Below are positions 18,300-28,358 of a stretch of 64,000 nucleotides of DNA, piece by piece. Location: the IMG/VR virus record IMGVR_UViG_3300022719_000071, positions 288,001-352,000 of that record; one strand, given 5' to 3'. The DNA comes from a virus (lineage: Duplodnaviria; Caudoviricetes). How positions within the stretch are numbered: position 1 is the stretch's first letter; each line of letters begins with the position of its first letter. A program made the translations under genes and the position numbers. The notes under the pieces were generated by a model, which was not told where the DNA came from, did not search any database, and saw nothing but the letters and a program-made list of their open reading frames with translations.

Positions 18300-20084
18300 A
18301 TGGCAAACTACGCAAGAATTTCGGGCAAGACCCGTCGAAACACTCATCAGACTTCACAGACGAAGGCAATCCCTGGTCGTGAAATCGAGATGAAGAAAAA
18401 TCCGGCTGGAGGCGTGAGCTTCAAGTTGGACGACTTCGCTCGTCTACAGCGATTCATCATCCTCGGAGTTGAGGGGAACAGCTACTACCAGAGTCAGAAG
18501 ACCCTGGTGAATCAGAACGTGAGTTCTCTGGAGCGCTGTCTGGACGCTGATCCGTTCCGTGTCATTGACATGGTTGTGGACATTAGTGTGAACGGTCGTG
18601 CCTTCAAGCAGGACGCTGGACTCTTCGTGTTAGCTGCTGCCGCTTCTTTCAAGGGTGGCGTGCGCTCCGGTCGCAAGAGCCCGCCGAACCGCAATCGATT
18701 CCAGTACGAGGAGAACTACCAGCAGGCTCTAGCCGAGTATGAGGCTTCCATCGTCATCGTGGACGAGGAGCACGCAGTCAAGGTTCGTCAGTACGCACTG
18801 GAGAAGCTGCCACAGGTGGCTCGTACCGGTACGGCGCTGTACACGTTCGCTGAGTTTGTACGTGGTCAGCGTGGATTCGGTCGCAGCCTGCGTCGTGCAT
18901 TCGCAAAGTGGATGACTGACAAGCCGCTAGACAAGCTGGCCTATCAGGCATGGAAGTACAAGAGCCGTAACGGCTGGACGTACCGTGACATCATGCGCCT
19001 CACGCACCCGGTAACAGACGAGCGTGCACGTTCAGACGTGTTCGGATATATGGTGAAGGGACAGCTACCGGAAGGTGCTGACCTGAGCAACCCGGCCCTG
19101 GCACAGATCGATGCGGCTGAAAAGCTGCTGAAGATCATGACCAACCGTACTAACGTGACCAAGCCGGTCGTCAAGGAAGCTGTCAAGCTCATCGTTGACC
19201 ATCGCCTGACTCACGAGGCTGTTCCGTCCGAGCTTCGCAAGAGCCCAGAGGTTTGGGAGGCTCTGCTGGAGAACATGCCGCTTCAGGCTGCTGTCAGCAA
19301 CCTGGGTGTCATGACCAGCACTGGTCTGGTCAAGCCACTGTCGAAGGCAGAGCGAAAGATCGTGGAGATGCTTACCAACGTCGAAGCAATCAAGCGTTCT
19401 CGCATGCACCCGATGCGGTTCTACCTTGGTTCCAAGGTCTACGGCAATGGTCGTGGCGTGAAGGGTAGCCTGTCCTGGTCGCCAAGCCAGAACATCATGG
19501 ACGCTCTGGATGGTGCGTACTACGCATCCTTCGGTAACGTCGAGACGACTGGCAAGACACTGGTCATCGCTGTCGATGACTCGGGTTCTATGGACTGGGC
19601 TAACACTTCGGTTCCGAACACTAGTCCATCGGAGATTGCTGCGGCAATGGCGCTGGTCACGTACCGCACTGAGCCGAACAGCGTGCTGATCGGTTATTCT
19701 GATGGTGTTCGTGAGATGAAGGTGTCTCGTACACGTTCTCGCATCGACAGCATCATGAAGCATGTCGGTCATGGCGGTGGAACCAACACCACACTCCCGG
19801 TGCAGTACGCCTGGAACAACAAGCTGGACGTTGATGGCATCGTGTCCTACACAGACAACAACACCTGGGGCGCATGCTCTCGGGGCTGGAACAGTAATGG
19901 ACATGTTACCCAGTGGGTGAATAAGTACGTGGATCGCTTCGGTCCAATGCGCTTCATCAACTGTGCGATGGAGGCAAACAGTATCACTGATACTGATGCC
20001 AAGAATCCGTACATGTTCGAGCTTGTCGGTGTTGACGCCAATACCCCACGCATCATTAGCGAGTTCCTTGCTGGTAACCTGTAA
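18300..20084 (+). CDS. rsr: Ro60/TROVE-domain RNA-binding protein with vWA domain (594 aa)
   Basis: NPAGGVSF...RLQRFIILGVEGNSYY; KYKSRNGWTYRDIMRLTHP; RMHPM; MIDAS VDDSGSM; GGGAGG SD before ATG 18300. Confidence 0.93.
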   Translation: MANYARISGKTRRNTHQTSQTKAIPGREIEMKKNPAGGVSFKLDDFARLQRFIILGVEGNSYYQSQKTLVNQNVSSLERCLDADPFRVIDMVVDISVNGRAFKQDAGLFVLAAAASFKGGVRSGRKSPPNRNRFQYEENYQQALAEYEASIVIVDEEHAVKVRQYALEKLPQVARTGTALYTFAEFVRGQRGFGRSLRRAFAKWMTDKPLDKLAYQAWKYKSRNGWTYRDIMRLTHPVTDERARSDVFGYMVKGQLPEGADLSNPALAQIDAAEKLLKIMTNRTNVTKPVVKEAVKLIVDHRLTHEAVPSELRKSPEVWEALLENMPLQAAVSNLGVMTSTGLVKPLSKAERKIVEMLTNVEAIKRSRMHPMRFYLGSKVYGNGRGVKGSLSWSPSQNIMDALDGAYYASFGNVETTGKTLVIAVDDSGSMDWANTSVPNTSPSEIAAAMALVTYRTEPNSVLIGYSDGVREMKVSRTRSRIDSIMKHVGHGGGTNTTLPVQYAWNNKLDVDGIVSYTDNNTWGACSRGWNSNGHVTQWVNKYVDRFGPMRFINCAMEANSITDTDAKNPYMFELVGVDANTPRIISEFLAGNL

Positions 20085-20095
20085 CCAGTATCATA

Positions 20096-20128
20096 AAGTA
20101 GAGGGGTAGATTTACTACCCCTCTACTT
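20096..20128 (+). terminator. hairpin after ro60
   Basis: AAGTAGAGGGGTAG-attta-CTACCCCTCTACTT, 14-bp perfect stem. Confidence 0.75.
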
Positions 20129-20131
20129 GGC

Positions 20132-20160
20132 TTGATTTTCCCGAAGAGACATGATATACT
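20132..20160 (+). promoter_or_regulatory. sigma70-type promoter
   Basis: TTGATT-N17-TATACT. Confidence 0.7.
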
Positions 20161-20178
20161 ATCATTTCATTCAGAGGA

Positions 20179-20499
20179 GTGAAAGGTATGTCCAAGAAGA
20201 CCTCGAAAGAAATTGCAGCCGAACTCAAAGCCCTTGCTACCAAGTACGGCTGGACGGTGACGGTTCGTGGTAGCATTCTCACCATTACCAAGCCAATTTC
20301 CGGAAACGATGAATTCGTTACTGCTGACATGGAGTACGGAAGCATCCTGAGCCTTCTCCCGTCAACCAGCCCTGGTAGCATCTGGGGTACAGATGGTGGC
20401 GGAGTTGGAGCACTGTCTGCGATGAAATCTGGCGTGTTCACGATGAACAAGTCGGGCGGTAGCAAGCGAGTCCTGAACGCTCTGAATGTTCTGTCATGA
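20179..20499 (+). CDS. hypothetical protein
   Basis: AGGAG SD; follows promoter. Confidence 0.75.
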   Translation: MKGMSKKTSKEIAAELKALATKYGWTVTVRGSILTITKPISGNDEFVTADMEYGSILSLLPSTSPGSIWGTDGGGVGALSAMKSGVFTMNKSGGSKRVLNALNVLS

Positions 20500-21152
20500 C
20501 TAAGATGCGAAATTTCGATAGCACAGATCCATCGCTACTGGAAACAGCGGCTCACGATCACATCGTGACTGCGTATGCCGTCGTTTACGCCATGGAGGCT
20601 AAGCTGTGGACAATAGCCCACGACTTTGATGCCTGGGAAGACCCCAACGTTCGTGTCGTTCGTGATAAGGTGGTGGCTCGGCTGAAAGCCATCCGCTCCC
20701 TCTACAACACTCGCTTTCCCTGGAAGTGCCACAGCTATAGTATTCGTGGCAACTTCAGCGAGAACTACTACGGTGATCTACACAACCATGACGTGGACCA
20801 CGCCCTTAAGAAAGAGTTTGGTGAGAGTGTGTTCTGCGACAGTGAATCCGGCTGGTTCGTGGTGGATGTGACTCCGACCAAGGTTGAAGAGGTCAAGGAG
20901 TTCATCAAGATCAACTTCCCGGACATGGAATTCACCGTGGACAAACTGGACGAGAACGAACTGAATATTCCAGGAGTCAGTAACTGGCTCAGCGCCAATC
21001 TCTGGTTAAAGGAGCGTGAAATCACGGTGGACATGGAATTTCCCAAGATTCAGCCCAAGACTGGTAAAGAGCTTGAGAAGCTTCTGATGATGGCTCGTAA
21101 GGCTCTTCACAAGACTGGTTTGCCGAAAGAGGAAGCAATCAAGCTACTCTGA
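20496..21152 (+). CDS. hypothetical protein
   Basis: ATGA overlap with upstream stop. Confidence 0.75.
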   Translation: MTKMRNFDSTDPSLLETAAHDHIVTAYAVVYAMEAKLWTIAHDFDAWEDPNVRVVRDKVVARLKAIRSLYNTRFPWKCHSYSIRGNFSENYYGDLHNHDVDHALKKEFGESVFCDSESGWFVVDVTPTKVEEVKEFIKINFPDMEFTVDKLDENELNIPGVSNWLSANLWLKEREITVDMEFPKIQPKTGKELEKLLMMARKALHKTGLPKEEAIKLL

Positions 21153-21215
21153 GGATTTGCCCATTATAAATGATAAATATGGGTTTAGTGTTTATCATTG
21201 TAGGGATATAACCAT

Positions 21216-22085
21216 ATGGACATAAAGGATATACGTAACCAATCAGAAAAAACTATGAGAATTCTTGTCGTTCAGGGTGGCACTAGAAGTGAGAACTCTT
21301 GTCCTGGCAGAAATACAAAAATTCGTTCTATGGTTGATTTAATATTAGAGTCTTCTCCGGATTACGTTAATGTTGATGTTCTTGATTTAGCAGTAGAGGG
21401 TGATGGAAAAAGAATTATTCAGCCGTGTAAAGGATGCGTAGGTACAGCAGGAGGTTTTCATTGTCATTGGAAATGCACTTGTTATGGTCCCAAATCAGAT
21501 AGCTCAGACCTTAATGATATAATGCACGATGATAAAGTATATGACAGATTAGAAATGTCGGATGGTATCATGTTTATGACTCCCATTCATTGGTTTAAGC
21601 CCAGTGGTCCAATTTTAGCTATGCTTGATCGATTGGTATGTGCTAGTTTAACTATAACAAGAGAACAAGCAAAACGTCTAACTGATAACGATTTAAAAAA
21701 TCCAGAAAAAACGATGGCATTGGAAAAGTCCGGCAAATACGACAATCTTAAGAAGAATCACTTAGGAGGTAAAGTAGCTGCGGTGTTTGCTCAAGGTGAT
21801 GACGGTGCTGATGACTATTACAACACAATAAACAAGCCAAATACAACACCTGGAAACTTTATGGAAGATGTATATTCTAGTCCCATAGATGCTGTTATTC
21901 CTTTGGTTAAAGCTCTAAGATTTATGGATATCGAAGTTCCTGATGATTTAATCGTAGGGGTTAACCGGGGTAAAGGAAAGGATTACGCTGTAAATGACGA
22001 AACCTATAAGTCAGCCGAAAAGTATATGGCTATTCCCGTGAACCTCTTTTTGAAATTAGTCAACAGAATTAATGATCTTCGTTGA
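21216..22085 (+). CDS. flavodoxin-fold NAD(P)H-dependent FMN reductase / iron-sulfur flavoprotein-like
   Basis: ILVVQGGTR...IQPCKGC...CHWKCTC...SDGIMFMTPIHW...LDRL. Confidence 0.8.
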   Translation: MDIKDIRNQSEKTMRILVVQGGTRSENSCPGRNTKIRSMVDLILESSPDYVNVDVLDLAVEGDGKRIIQPCKGCVGTAGGFHCHWKCTCYGPKSDSSDLNDIMHDDKVYDRLEMSDGIMFMTPIHWFKPSGPILAMLDRLVCASLTITREQAKRLTDNDLKNPEKTMALEKSGKYDNLKKNHLGGKVAAVFAQGDDGADDYYNTINKPNTTPGNFMEDVYSSPIDAVIPLVKALRFMDIEVPDDLIVGVNRGKGKDYAVNDETYKSAEKYMAIPVNLFLKLVNRINDLR

Positions 22086-22169
22086 ATGTTAGGATATCTA
22101 TAAAATCGTTGCCCGCTACCGATGATATACTCCTGAACCGGATAAATACTGGTTCAGGGGTATAAACGT

Positions 22170-23084
22170 ATGACAATTAGAACTTACCTACCTGCTTTTG
22201 GATTGGGCATGCTGCTCCTTACGGCTTTATCCTTAGCAACAATAGCCGCATATCAAAGTATCATAGGTCTAGCAGACCTTTTCGCTGCACGTAAAGAAGT
22301 CGTTGTAATCATGGCTGTCTTTATCGAATGGGCGAAATTGCTATTTGCCGGTTCACTTCATATGTTTTGGAATTCACTTCCCTGGTGGAAGTGGATTGGT
22401 ATAGCTATTGTGGTTATCCATATGGCGGTAACCAATATCGGAATTTACTCCTACCTGTCTTCTGGCTATCTTCTCCAGGAAGCTCCTGTAGCGGCTCTAG
22501 AGCGGCGCATCACTGGGATTGACCAGGACATCAACCAACAGAAGAAAATCGAAGAGGAAGCATCCAGGCAAATCTCAGCTATGGATACAGCCTACCAGCG
22601 GTACGTTGAGGGGCTATACATCCGTCGTGCTGAACAATACAAAGCTACTAATGCAGAATTACGTGCACAGTTGGAAAAGCAACGTGATAAGGCCAGAATG
22701 GTAATTGATGGTCTTGAAGAAAAGAAGCGTGGTCTAACAGAAATTAAGGTTGATAATGCTGCCAAGCTGGGTAGCATTGAGCACATCTCTGCTTTTATTG
22801 GGTCTGACCAAGAGAGCATCATGAAGATGGTTGTTCTGTTCACTATCTTGCTTATGATGGGTCTTGATCCTGCGGCTGTTCTGTTGGTCGTAATGTTCAC
22901 TCATTTATTAAATAAATGGATGGGGGTTAAAAATCCAAAACCGGTTTTAGAAGTGGCTGAGAAGGCCAAAGAAGAGCCTAAGCCACTGGATAAAAAAGCT
23001 GAAGAGCAAGCTTACCAACAACATTTGAAGGACATTGGATACATGGAAGGATCTCCTGGGTGGTACCGTAGAAAGAAGCTATGA
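22170..23084 (+). CDS. membrane protein with long coiled coil
   Basis: Three N-terminal TM helices, coiled coil, C-terminal TM with DPAAVLL. Confidence 0.75.
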   Translation: MTIRTYLPAFGLGMLLLTALSLATIAAYQSIIGLADLFAARKEVVVIMAVFIEWAKLLFAGSLHMFWNSLPWWKWIGIAIVVIHMAVTNIGIYSYLSSGYLLQEAPVAALERRITGIDQDINQQKKIEEEASRQISAMDTAYQRYVEGLYIRRAEQYKATNAELRAQLEKQRDKARMVIDGLEEKKRGLTEIKVDNAAKLGSIEHISAFIGSDQESIMKMVVLFTILLMMGLDPAAVLLVVMFTHLLNKWMGVKNPKPVLEVAEKAKEEPKPLDKKAEEQAYQQHLKDIGYMEGSPGWYRRKKL

Positions 23085-24796
23085 AACTAGTGCAACTGTT
23101 TGAACAAGTCAGTCTGTTTGAGGCGGCGAAGGATCGCTACATGCAGCCTTTTACTGGTCTATTGTCAATTGCCGAACAACTAGGTTTGGATAACCTATCT
23201 GAAGGAATTGACAACGCTATATCTTGGGCAATGCGAACTTTGAAAAAGGAGGATAAGATTGTCTGGTTTCTTCGATGGATGAAGCTTGAAGCTCTTCGTA
23301 TTCTCAAGCTCAATACTGAAGGTGAAGTGCGGGAACGTGTACACAAAGCATGGGACAAAGCTGCAACTAAAATATCCAAGAATTCTGGCATCTCAAAAGA
23401 ACAGATCGAGTCCTATGCCAATCAATTTGTTAGTGGTGGATTCCGAACTCAGATGAATCATTACATGAGTCTCGGACTACCAGCCATTGATGACTATGTG
23501 TTTACTTGGCAGACTCCAGAGCAAATTTTTAGAGACTTTCAAGTAATTGAGCAGGAATGGCAAAAGAAATTGCAAGAACTTGTCCCAATTGAGCGTGACG
23601 AAGTTGAAACTGTTATTAAGTTCCCTGATGGCTCGGAATGGATTAACCTCAATAAGCCGGCGTGTGATGTTGAAGCAAAAGCCATGGGTCATTGTGGGAA
23701 CGCTGATACCTATCACCCCGATGATACCGTTCTATCGTATCGTACCATCGAAAAGAATAACAAGGGAGAGGAGATGTGGAAGCCACGTCTCACATTTATT
23801 TTGGATACCAAGAATGGTATGCTGGGTGAGATGAAAGGACGTGCTAATCAGAAGCCCGATGCCAAGTATCATGGTGTAATCATAGATCTACTAAAGCACC
23901 CATTGATCAAAGGCATCAAAGGTGGAGGTTACAAGCCTGAGAACAATTTCAGCATCGATGATCTACCAAAAGAAGTTGTCGAAAAACTAATCGATATGAA
24001 ACCTGGATTGGCTGACATTCGATACGATTACAATAAGCGTGGTATAACCCGTGAGTTGCTGACTAGGATGAATCAGAAGTTTGATGATGAAACCGACGGT
24101 GCTCTTGAACTACCAGAATACGATAATAAGCGTAAAGTATTCCTCGGAGAAACCATGGAGGGTTCTGTAGACGACTTCGTTAAGGAGTATGGTGGGGATA
24201 CAGCCAACTGGGTGGTCAATATTCTTTCTGGTGAAGAACACCTTGATATCTATCATACTGCTAATGACCCCGAAGACTTGTGGAATATACTACCAGACAA
24301 GATAACAACCCGAGTTGGTCATTGGTTATTGAAGAACTACTCTGATGCGGTTGAAGAATGGAAAGAAGAGAACGACGAAAACTTTGATCCATCTGACGCT
24401 AATGCTGCTTGGCACATCATTGAAGAGCATAGCATAGATGAAGTGAAGACTGCACTCAATAGTGCTATGCTGGATGCAGAGTATATTGGTACTGAAGCAG
24501 AAATGCTAAACTCCTTGAAAGATTGGCTAAAGAAACTTCCCAACCGAGATGGATTTGATATCTCCTTATACCCAGGACACACAAAATGGGATGCCAAGCA
24601 ATACGTAGTGATATCAGAAAAATCGATGATCGATATTGTGACAGATATGATGGATCAGGTGGCTTGGCATGGAAGCCTGATATCGTTTTTTGAGATTGAA
24701 GACCTTGAATCTCCTTATCATGGATGGCATGGGTTTGATGAACAAGTCGCCATCGAACAGGCGGAAGAAAGGCTATCCGTGGAAGGTATTCTATAA
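23081..24796 (+). CDS. tagged head-cargo candidate with PcfJ-like motif
   Basis: MKLVQLFE...LFEA N-terminus; CDVEAKAMGHC...EMKGRANQKP. Confidence 0.6.
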   Translation: MKLVQLFEQVSLFEAAKDRYMQPFTGLLSIAEQLGLDNLSEGIDNAISWAMRTLKKEDKIVWFLRWMKLEALRILKLNTEGEVRERVHKAWDKAATKISKNSGISKEQIESYANQFVSGGFRTQMNHYMSLGLPAIDDYVFTWQTPEQIFRDFQVIEQEWQKKLQELVPIERDEVETVIKFPDGSEWINLNKPACDVEAKAMGHCGNADTYHPDDTVLSYRTIEKNNKGEEMWKPRLTFILDTKNGMLGEMKGRANQKPDAKYHGVIIDLLKHPLIKGIKGGGYKPENNFSIDDLPKEVVEKLIDMKPGLADIRYDYNKRGITRELLTRMNQKFDDETDGALELPEYDNKRKVFLGETMEGSVDDFVKEYGGDTANWVVNILSGEEHLDIYHTANDPEDLWNILPDKITTRVGHWLLKNYSDAVEEWKEENDENFDPSDANAAWHIIEEHSIDEVKTALNSAMLDAEYIGTEAEMLNSLKDWLKKLPNRDGFDISLYPGHTKWDAKQYVVISEKSMIDIVTDMMDQVAWHGSLISFFEIEDLESPYHGWHGFDEQVAIEQAEERLSVEGIL

Positions 24797-25347
24797 TGCG
24801 CCTTCTTCAGTTTCTCGAAGCTACTAATGACCGTTGGCTGCGATATGCCAAGTCTCATGGCGAGCACAATTTCCCTCAAGGTACTAAAGCTGAGGATTAT
24901 GATTGGCAGTTTATCCCCAAGCTGATGCTCACCACCATGACTAATATCATGAACCCAGAACAATGGGTGGATTTCTTTCGTGACGAACATGATGTAGCAG
25001 TTGATGATGGACGCATGGGATATGAAGACGAACTGAAGAATCCAATACGAGAACCAGTGGTATTGGTGAAAATTGGCAAGGTGTACAATGTGGTCGATGG
25101 ATGGCACAGGATTGGCGCTTCGTTTGCCGGTAATCGCAAATCAATCCCTGCCGTCATTGGTGTGCCGAAGGTTCCAATGCATACTGGCGAGACCGTTGGA
25201 GGCAACGAGGGTGAGGTAAATAGTGATGATGATACGCCACGTCCTCCACCGCAGCATGGTAACGAAGAAGGCAATGCATCCTGGGATTGGACAGATCCAT
25301 ACCATTCCAGTGGTGCAGAAAACGCAGTGATGAGTAGAACACCATGA
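24796..25347 (+). CDS. tagged head-cargo candidate with ParB/Srx-like domain
   Basis: MRLLQFLEA; EPVVLV...VVDGWHRIGA. Confidence 0.7.
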   Translation: MRLLQFLEATNDRWLRYAKSHGEHNFPQGTKAEDYDWQFIPKLMLTTMTNIMNPEQWVDFFRDEHDVAVDDGRMGYEDELKNPIREPVVLVKIGKVYNVVDGWHRIGASFAGNRKSIPAVIGVPKVPMHTGETVGGNEGEVNSDDDTPRPPPQHGNEEGNASWDWTDPYHSSGAENAVMSRTP

Positions 25348-26201
25348 AACTAATTGATTTGATGCGACACACACGAATTGATGAGGCACCGCCTCTAAAG
25401 CGTTTTGATGTGTTACCAGATGCATCGAAGCTCCCTGGCCCTAGCAAAAAGTTACAGCATTCTAATATAAAAAATATTCCTAAAGATTTACAAACAGTAG
25501 TTTCTCAACCATTTCAAAAAGCTCTCAAAAAGAAAATGCAGGATATTCCATATCCGATATACATCTATCAAATGGCTATTGCAATAGCAGCAGATAGTTA
25601 CGACAGACATCTACTCAAATTACAACATCAATCTGTTAACCCGGAATTTTATCACATGATTGATAAAAAAGCATTAATTGAATTGTATGGGAGGGATATT
25701 GCTAACAAAATTAAACTGGATCCTGCTGGAGTAACATTGGTTTATAACTACCAAACCGCTTTTCCATCAACTGTGTGGGGATTCATGCATGATTTTGTTC
25801 ACGCCATCACCCTATCTAATATTAAAACAACCGAGGAGTTAGAAAAAGTAGATACGATAATTGAAAACATTGTAATACATGCACAAAAGTCTTTTCCTGA
25901 TTCACCTATTTTGAGAAAAGAAATAGGGAGGCATGGAATAGAGAGAGTAGCATATTCGATGCTAACAATGAAATCTGCTAGGACAGGATTCCTATCCAAC
26001 CGACCAGAAGAAGGTTCAACAGAGTTAATGACTCAATGGCTTTTCTCCAAGAAAATAGAATTCGATTGGAGCAAGATATCTAACAGCGAAAAAATGGATG
26101 AAGTGTTTTCCGAATTGGTTAATAAAGCCATTCCAAAAATTGATGCGATATTTTGGAGAATTTTAATGAGCGCAAAAGGTAAGTCATATTTCACATCATG
26201 A
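25344..26201 (+). CDS. tagged head-cargo candidate, paralog of 26198; zincin-like HxxxH
   Basis: MKLIDLMRHTRIDEA; MHDFVHAI...MKSARTG...RPEE; AT-rich body. Confidence 0.65.
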   Translation: MKLIDLMRHTRIDEAPPLKRFDVLPDASKLPGPSKKLQHSNIKNIPKDLQTVVSQPFQKALKKKMQDIPYPIYIYQMAIAIAADSYDRHLLKLQHQSVNPEFYHMIDKKALIELYGRDIANKIKLDPAGVTLVYNYQTAFPSTVWGFMHDFVHAITLSNIKTTEELEKVDTIIENIVIHAQKSFPDSPILRKEIGRHGIERVAYSMLTMKSARTGFLSNRPEEGSTELMTQWLFSKKIEFDWSKISNSEKMDEVFSELVNKAIPKIDAIFWRILMSAKGKSYFTS

Positions 26202-27058
26202 AACTATTAGATTTGATGCGACACACACGAATTGATGAGGCACCACTCGGTGACTATCAGCTTGTTGGTAATTGGGGGGACAAGGAGAAGTCCCACGGAT
26301 TTCGACATGCCGCTGATCGTAAGATACTTCAGAATCCCACTGCTGTTCGAATAGCTCAAAAGAGGTTTGGTAAGACCGAACATATACTCAATCTCTACTT
26401 CGTCAATCTTCCCGGAGCTTCTAAACATTCTGAAACCGGATTCATGGAGCCAGAGCAAATTGCAGCAGCAATGCCCAAGGCATGGCCAGAGATTGCAGCC
26501 CGTGCCGAGGAAGCAAATCACAGAGATGCAATCAATGTCATCTTCGTTGGAAATACTGGATTCCAACGAATGAACATGACCCCATGGATCATGGCACATC
26601 GTATCGGTCACGCACTTCGGGCATCCGAACGATTTGGTCAGCGAGGATACTGGAGAGATTACGAGGAAGATGCAACCGAATTCTTTTCTAACATTCTGCA
26701 AAGTGTTTACGACATGAATATCAGCCCCCGTGAGATCTGGTTCGGACAGAAAGATAAGATCATAGCCAAGTTCTTCGAAGCAATCGGTGGTATGCGTAGC
26801 GCTCGCAAGAGTAAGCTCGGTGGACGACCATACGAGTTCTTGTACGAGATGTTTGCGCAACACGTTGTTACTGGTTCTCTAAAATTTCGTAACCTTCCAC
26901 AGAGCTTCGGAATGCGCAACGGTCCCTACTATCGCATGCAGGATGAAGAGACAGCAGACATGTGGAACCACTCACTAAACAGTGATGTTGCTGACCATCT
27001 TGGATCCCGCATTGATAATACTCTCTACAATGCAGAAGGCAAATTCTTAGTTATGTAA
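26198..27058 (+). CDS. tagged head-cargo candidate; zincin-like HxxxH
   Basis: MKLLDLMRHTRIDEA; AHRIGHAL...MRSARK...RPYEFLYE. Confidence 0.65.
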   Translation: MKLLDLMRHTRIDEAPLGDYQLVGNWGDKEKSHGFRHAADRKILQNPTAVRIAQKRFGKTEHILNLYFVNLPGASKHSETGFMEPEQIAAAMPKAWPEIAARAEEANHRDAINVIFVGNTGFQRMNMTPWIMAHRIGHALRASERFGQRGYWRDYEEDATEFFSNILQSVYDMNISPREIWFGQKDKIIAKFFEAIGGMRSARKSKLGGRPYEFLYEMFAQHVVTGSLKFRNLPQSFGMRNGPYYRMQDEETADMWNHSLNSDVADHLGSRIDNTLYNAEGKFLVM

Positions 27059-27092
27059 CTTGACTTCATTATCTTTCATGACGATATTTTAG

Positions 27093-27114
27093 AAGCCCGG
27101 ACCACCGGGCTTTA
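27093..27114 (+). terminator. intrinsic terminator
   Basis: AAGCCCGG-acca-CCGGGCTTT. Confidence 0.7.
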
Positions 27115-27216
27115 TCGTTTCTGTGCTCATATTTTCAAGTTCGGAAACTGTACATGGAAAAACTTATATTCCATAAATACTTCCACATCAATTTAGCAAA
27201 TATAGGAGACCCGAAC

Positions 27217-27555
27217 ATGCTAAACGAAGAACAGCTTCAGGAAGAGGTTACTATCACTGGTGGAACCGCACTTATTCTACTACAGGTTGTGGCTCGTGTA
27301 GTCAGTCTTCAGAATGGACTCAAGGACGTTGAGCTAAAGCCAGTTGGCGACGCTCGTGAGAGCGTTGTGGCTGCGCTAGAGGCTGCTACTGGCGTCAACT
27401 TCGACCGTGCTCGTGCTCAGCAGCAGGCAGAGCTACAGCAGCGTATGGCTGCCGCCCGTGCTGCTCAGGCAAGACAGGAAGATGGTGACGAGGAGACCGA
27501 TCCAGCCGCCGCTGCTGAAGAGGCAGGCGATGAAGAGACCGTAACGGTTAAGTAA
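27217..27555 (+). CDS. hypothetical protein
   Basis: TAAATA 27174, AGGAG SD before MLNEEQL. Confidence 0.75.
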   Translation: MLNEEQLQEEVTITGGTALILLQVVARVVSLQNGLKDVELKPVGDARESVVAALEAATGVNFDRARAQQQAELQQRMAAARAAQARQEDGDEETDPAAAAEEAGDEETVTVK

Positions 27556-27582
27556 GGTTCGATAACCAACGGAGACAAGACA

Positions 27583-28347
27583 ATGATCAATCAAATTCCG
27601 AGGCATTTCGGACAAGTACGAGGAGAGGAGATAATAATCGCTGGTTACCATCGTTCTATGAACTCCTGCCTTATTGTCCGTTTGTCAAATCTACCACAGG
27701 ATGAGGCTGCTAACCTACGTCAGATCGCAATGTCCAGCACGGCACAGAACCTAGACTATTTGGTTCCCACGCTACGAGTGGAGGCGCACAAGTCTGGACA
27801 GGACTGGTTCACCTACCTTGTGACTAGACTTCAACGTGGAGACGGTTCTGTAATGAACATGCCACTGAAGGAAATAGAGGCGATGAATGAGAGCCAGAAG
27901 AGCTTCTTCAAGGGCTATGGCGAAGGAGTCGAGCCGAAGGGCGGTCCATCTCAGCGTGTGGGTAAAGACACCGAGTTCCGTACTCCACTGGTTGATATCA
28001 GAGGACAGCTTGTGACTGCCGAGGAGGAAGAGCAGCGTCCGAGGGCTCCAGCCAATTTGGCAGAAGCCCAACAGATTAATACAGCACCTACACCAGCCAC
28101 GGATTCCGAAATGGCTCGTATGGTTGCTCAGCAAGGCGGTGGATCCTCATCCCAAGATCAGGTGAACCTAGCAATTCTGGAGACTCTGAAGAGTTTACAG
28201 GCTGGAATGCAGGAACTGTCCGCTGAGGTAAAGAAGCGTCCACGTAAGACCATTCGTCGTAAGACTCCAGTGCGTCGTAAAGCGGCTGCTTCTTCTGAGG
28301 AAACCACATCCGAACCACTAGCTGCTTATGGGGCTGAATCTGCTTAA
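27583..28347 (+). CDS. hypothetical protein
   Basis: GGAG SD; 254 aa. Confidence 0.8.
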   Translation: MINQIPRHFGQVRGEEIIIAGYHRSMNSCLIVRLSNLPQDEAANLRQIAMSSTAQNLDYLVPTLRVEAHKSGQDWFTYLVTRLQRGDGSVMNMPLKEIEAMNESQKSFFKGYGEGVEPKGGPSQRVGKDTEFRTPLVDIRGQLVTAEEEEQRPRAPANLAEAQQINTAPTPATDSEMARMVAQQGGGSSSQDQVNLAILETLKSLQAGMQELSAEVKKRPRKTIRRKTPVRRKAAASSEETTSEPLAAYGAESA

Positions 28348-28358
28348 ATATGGAAATA

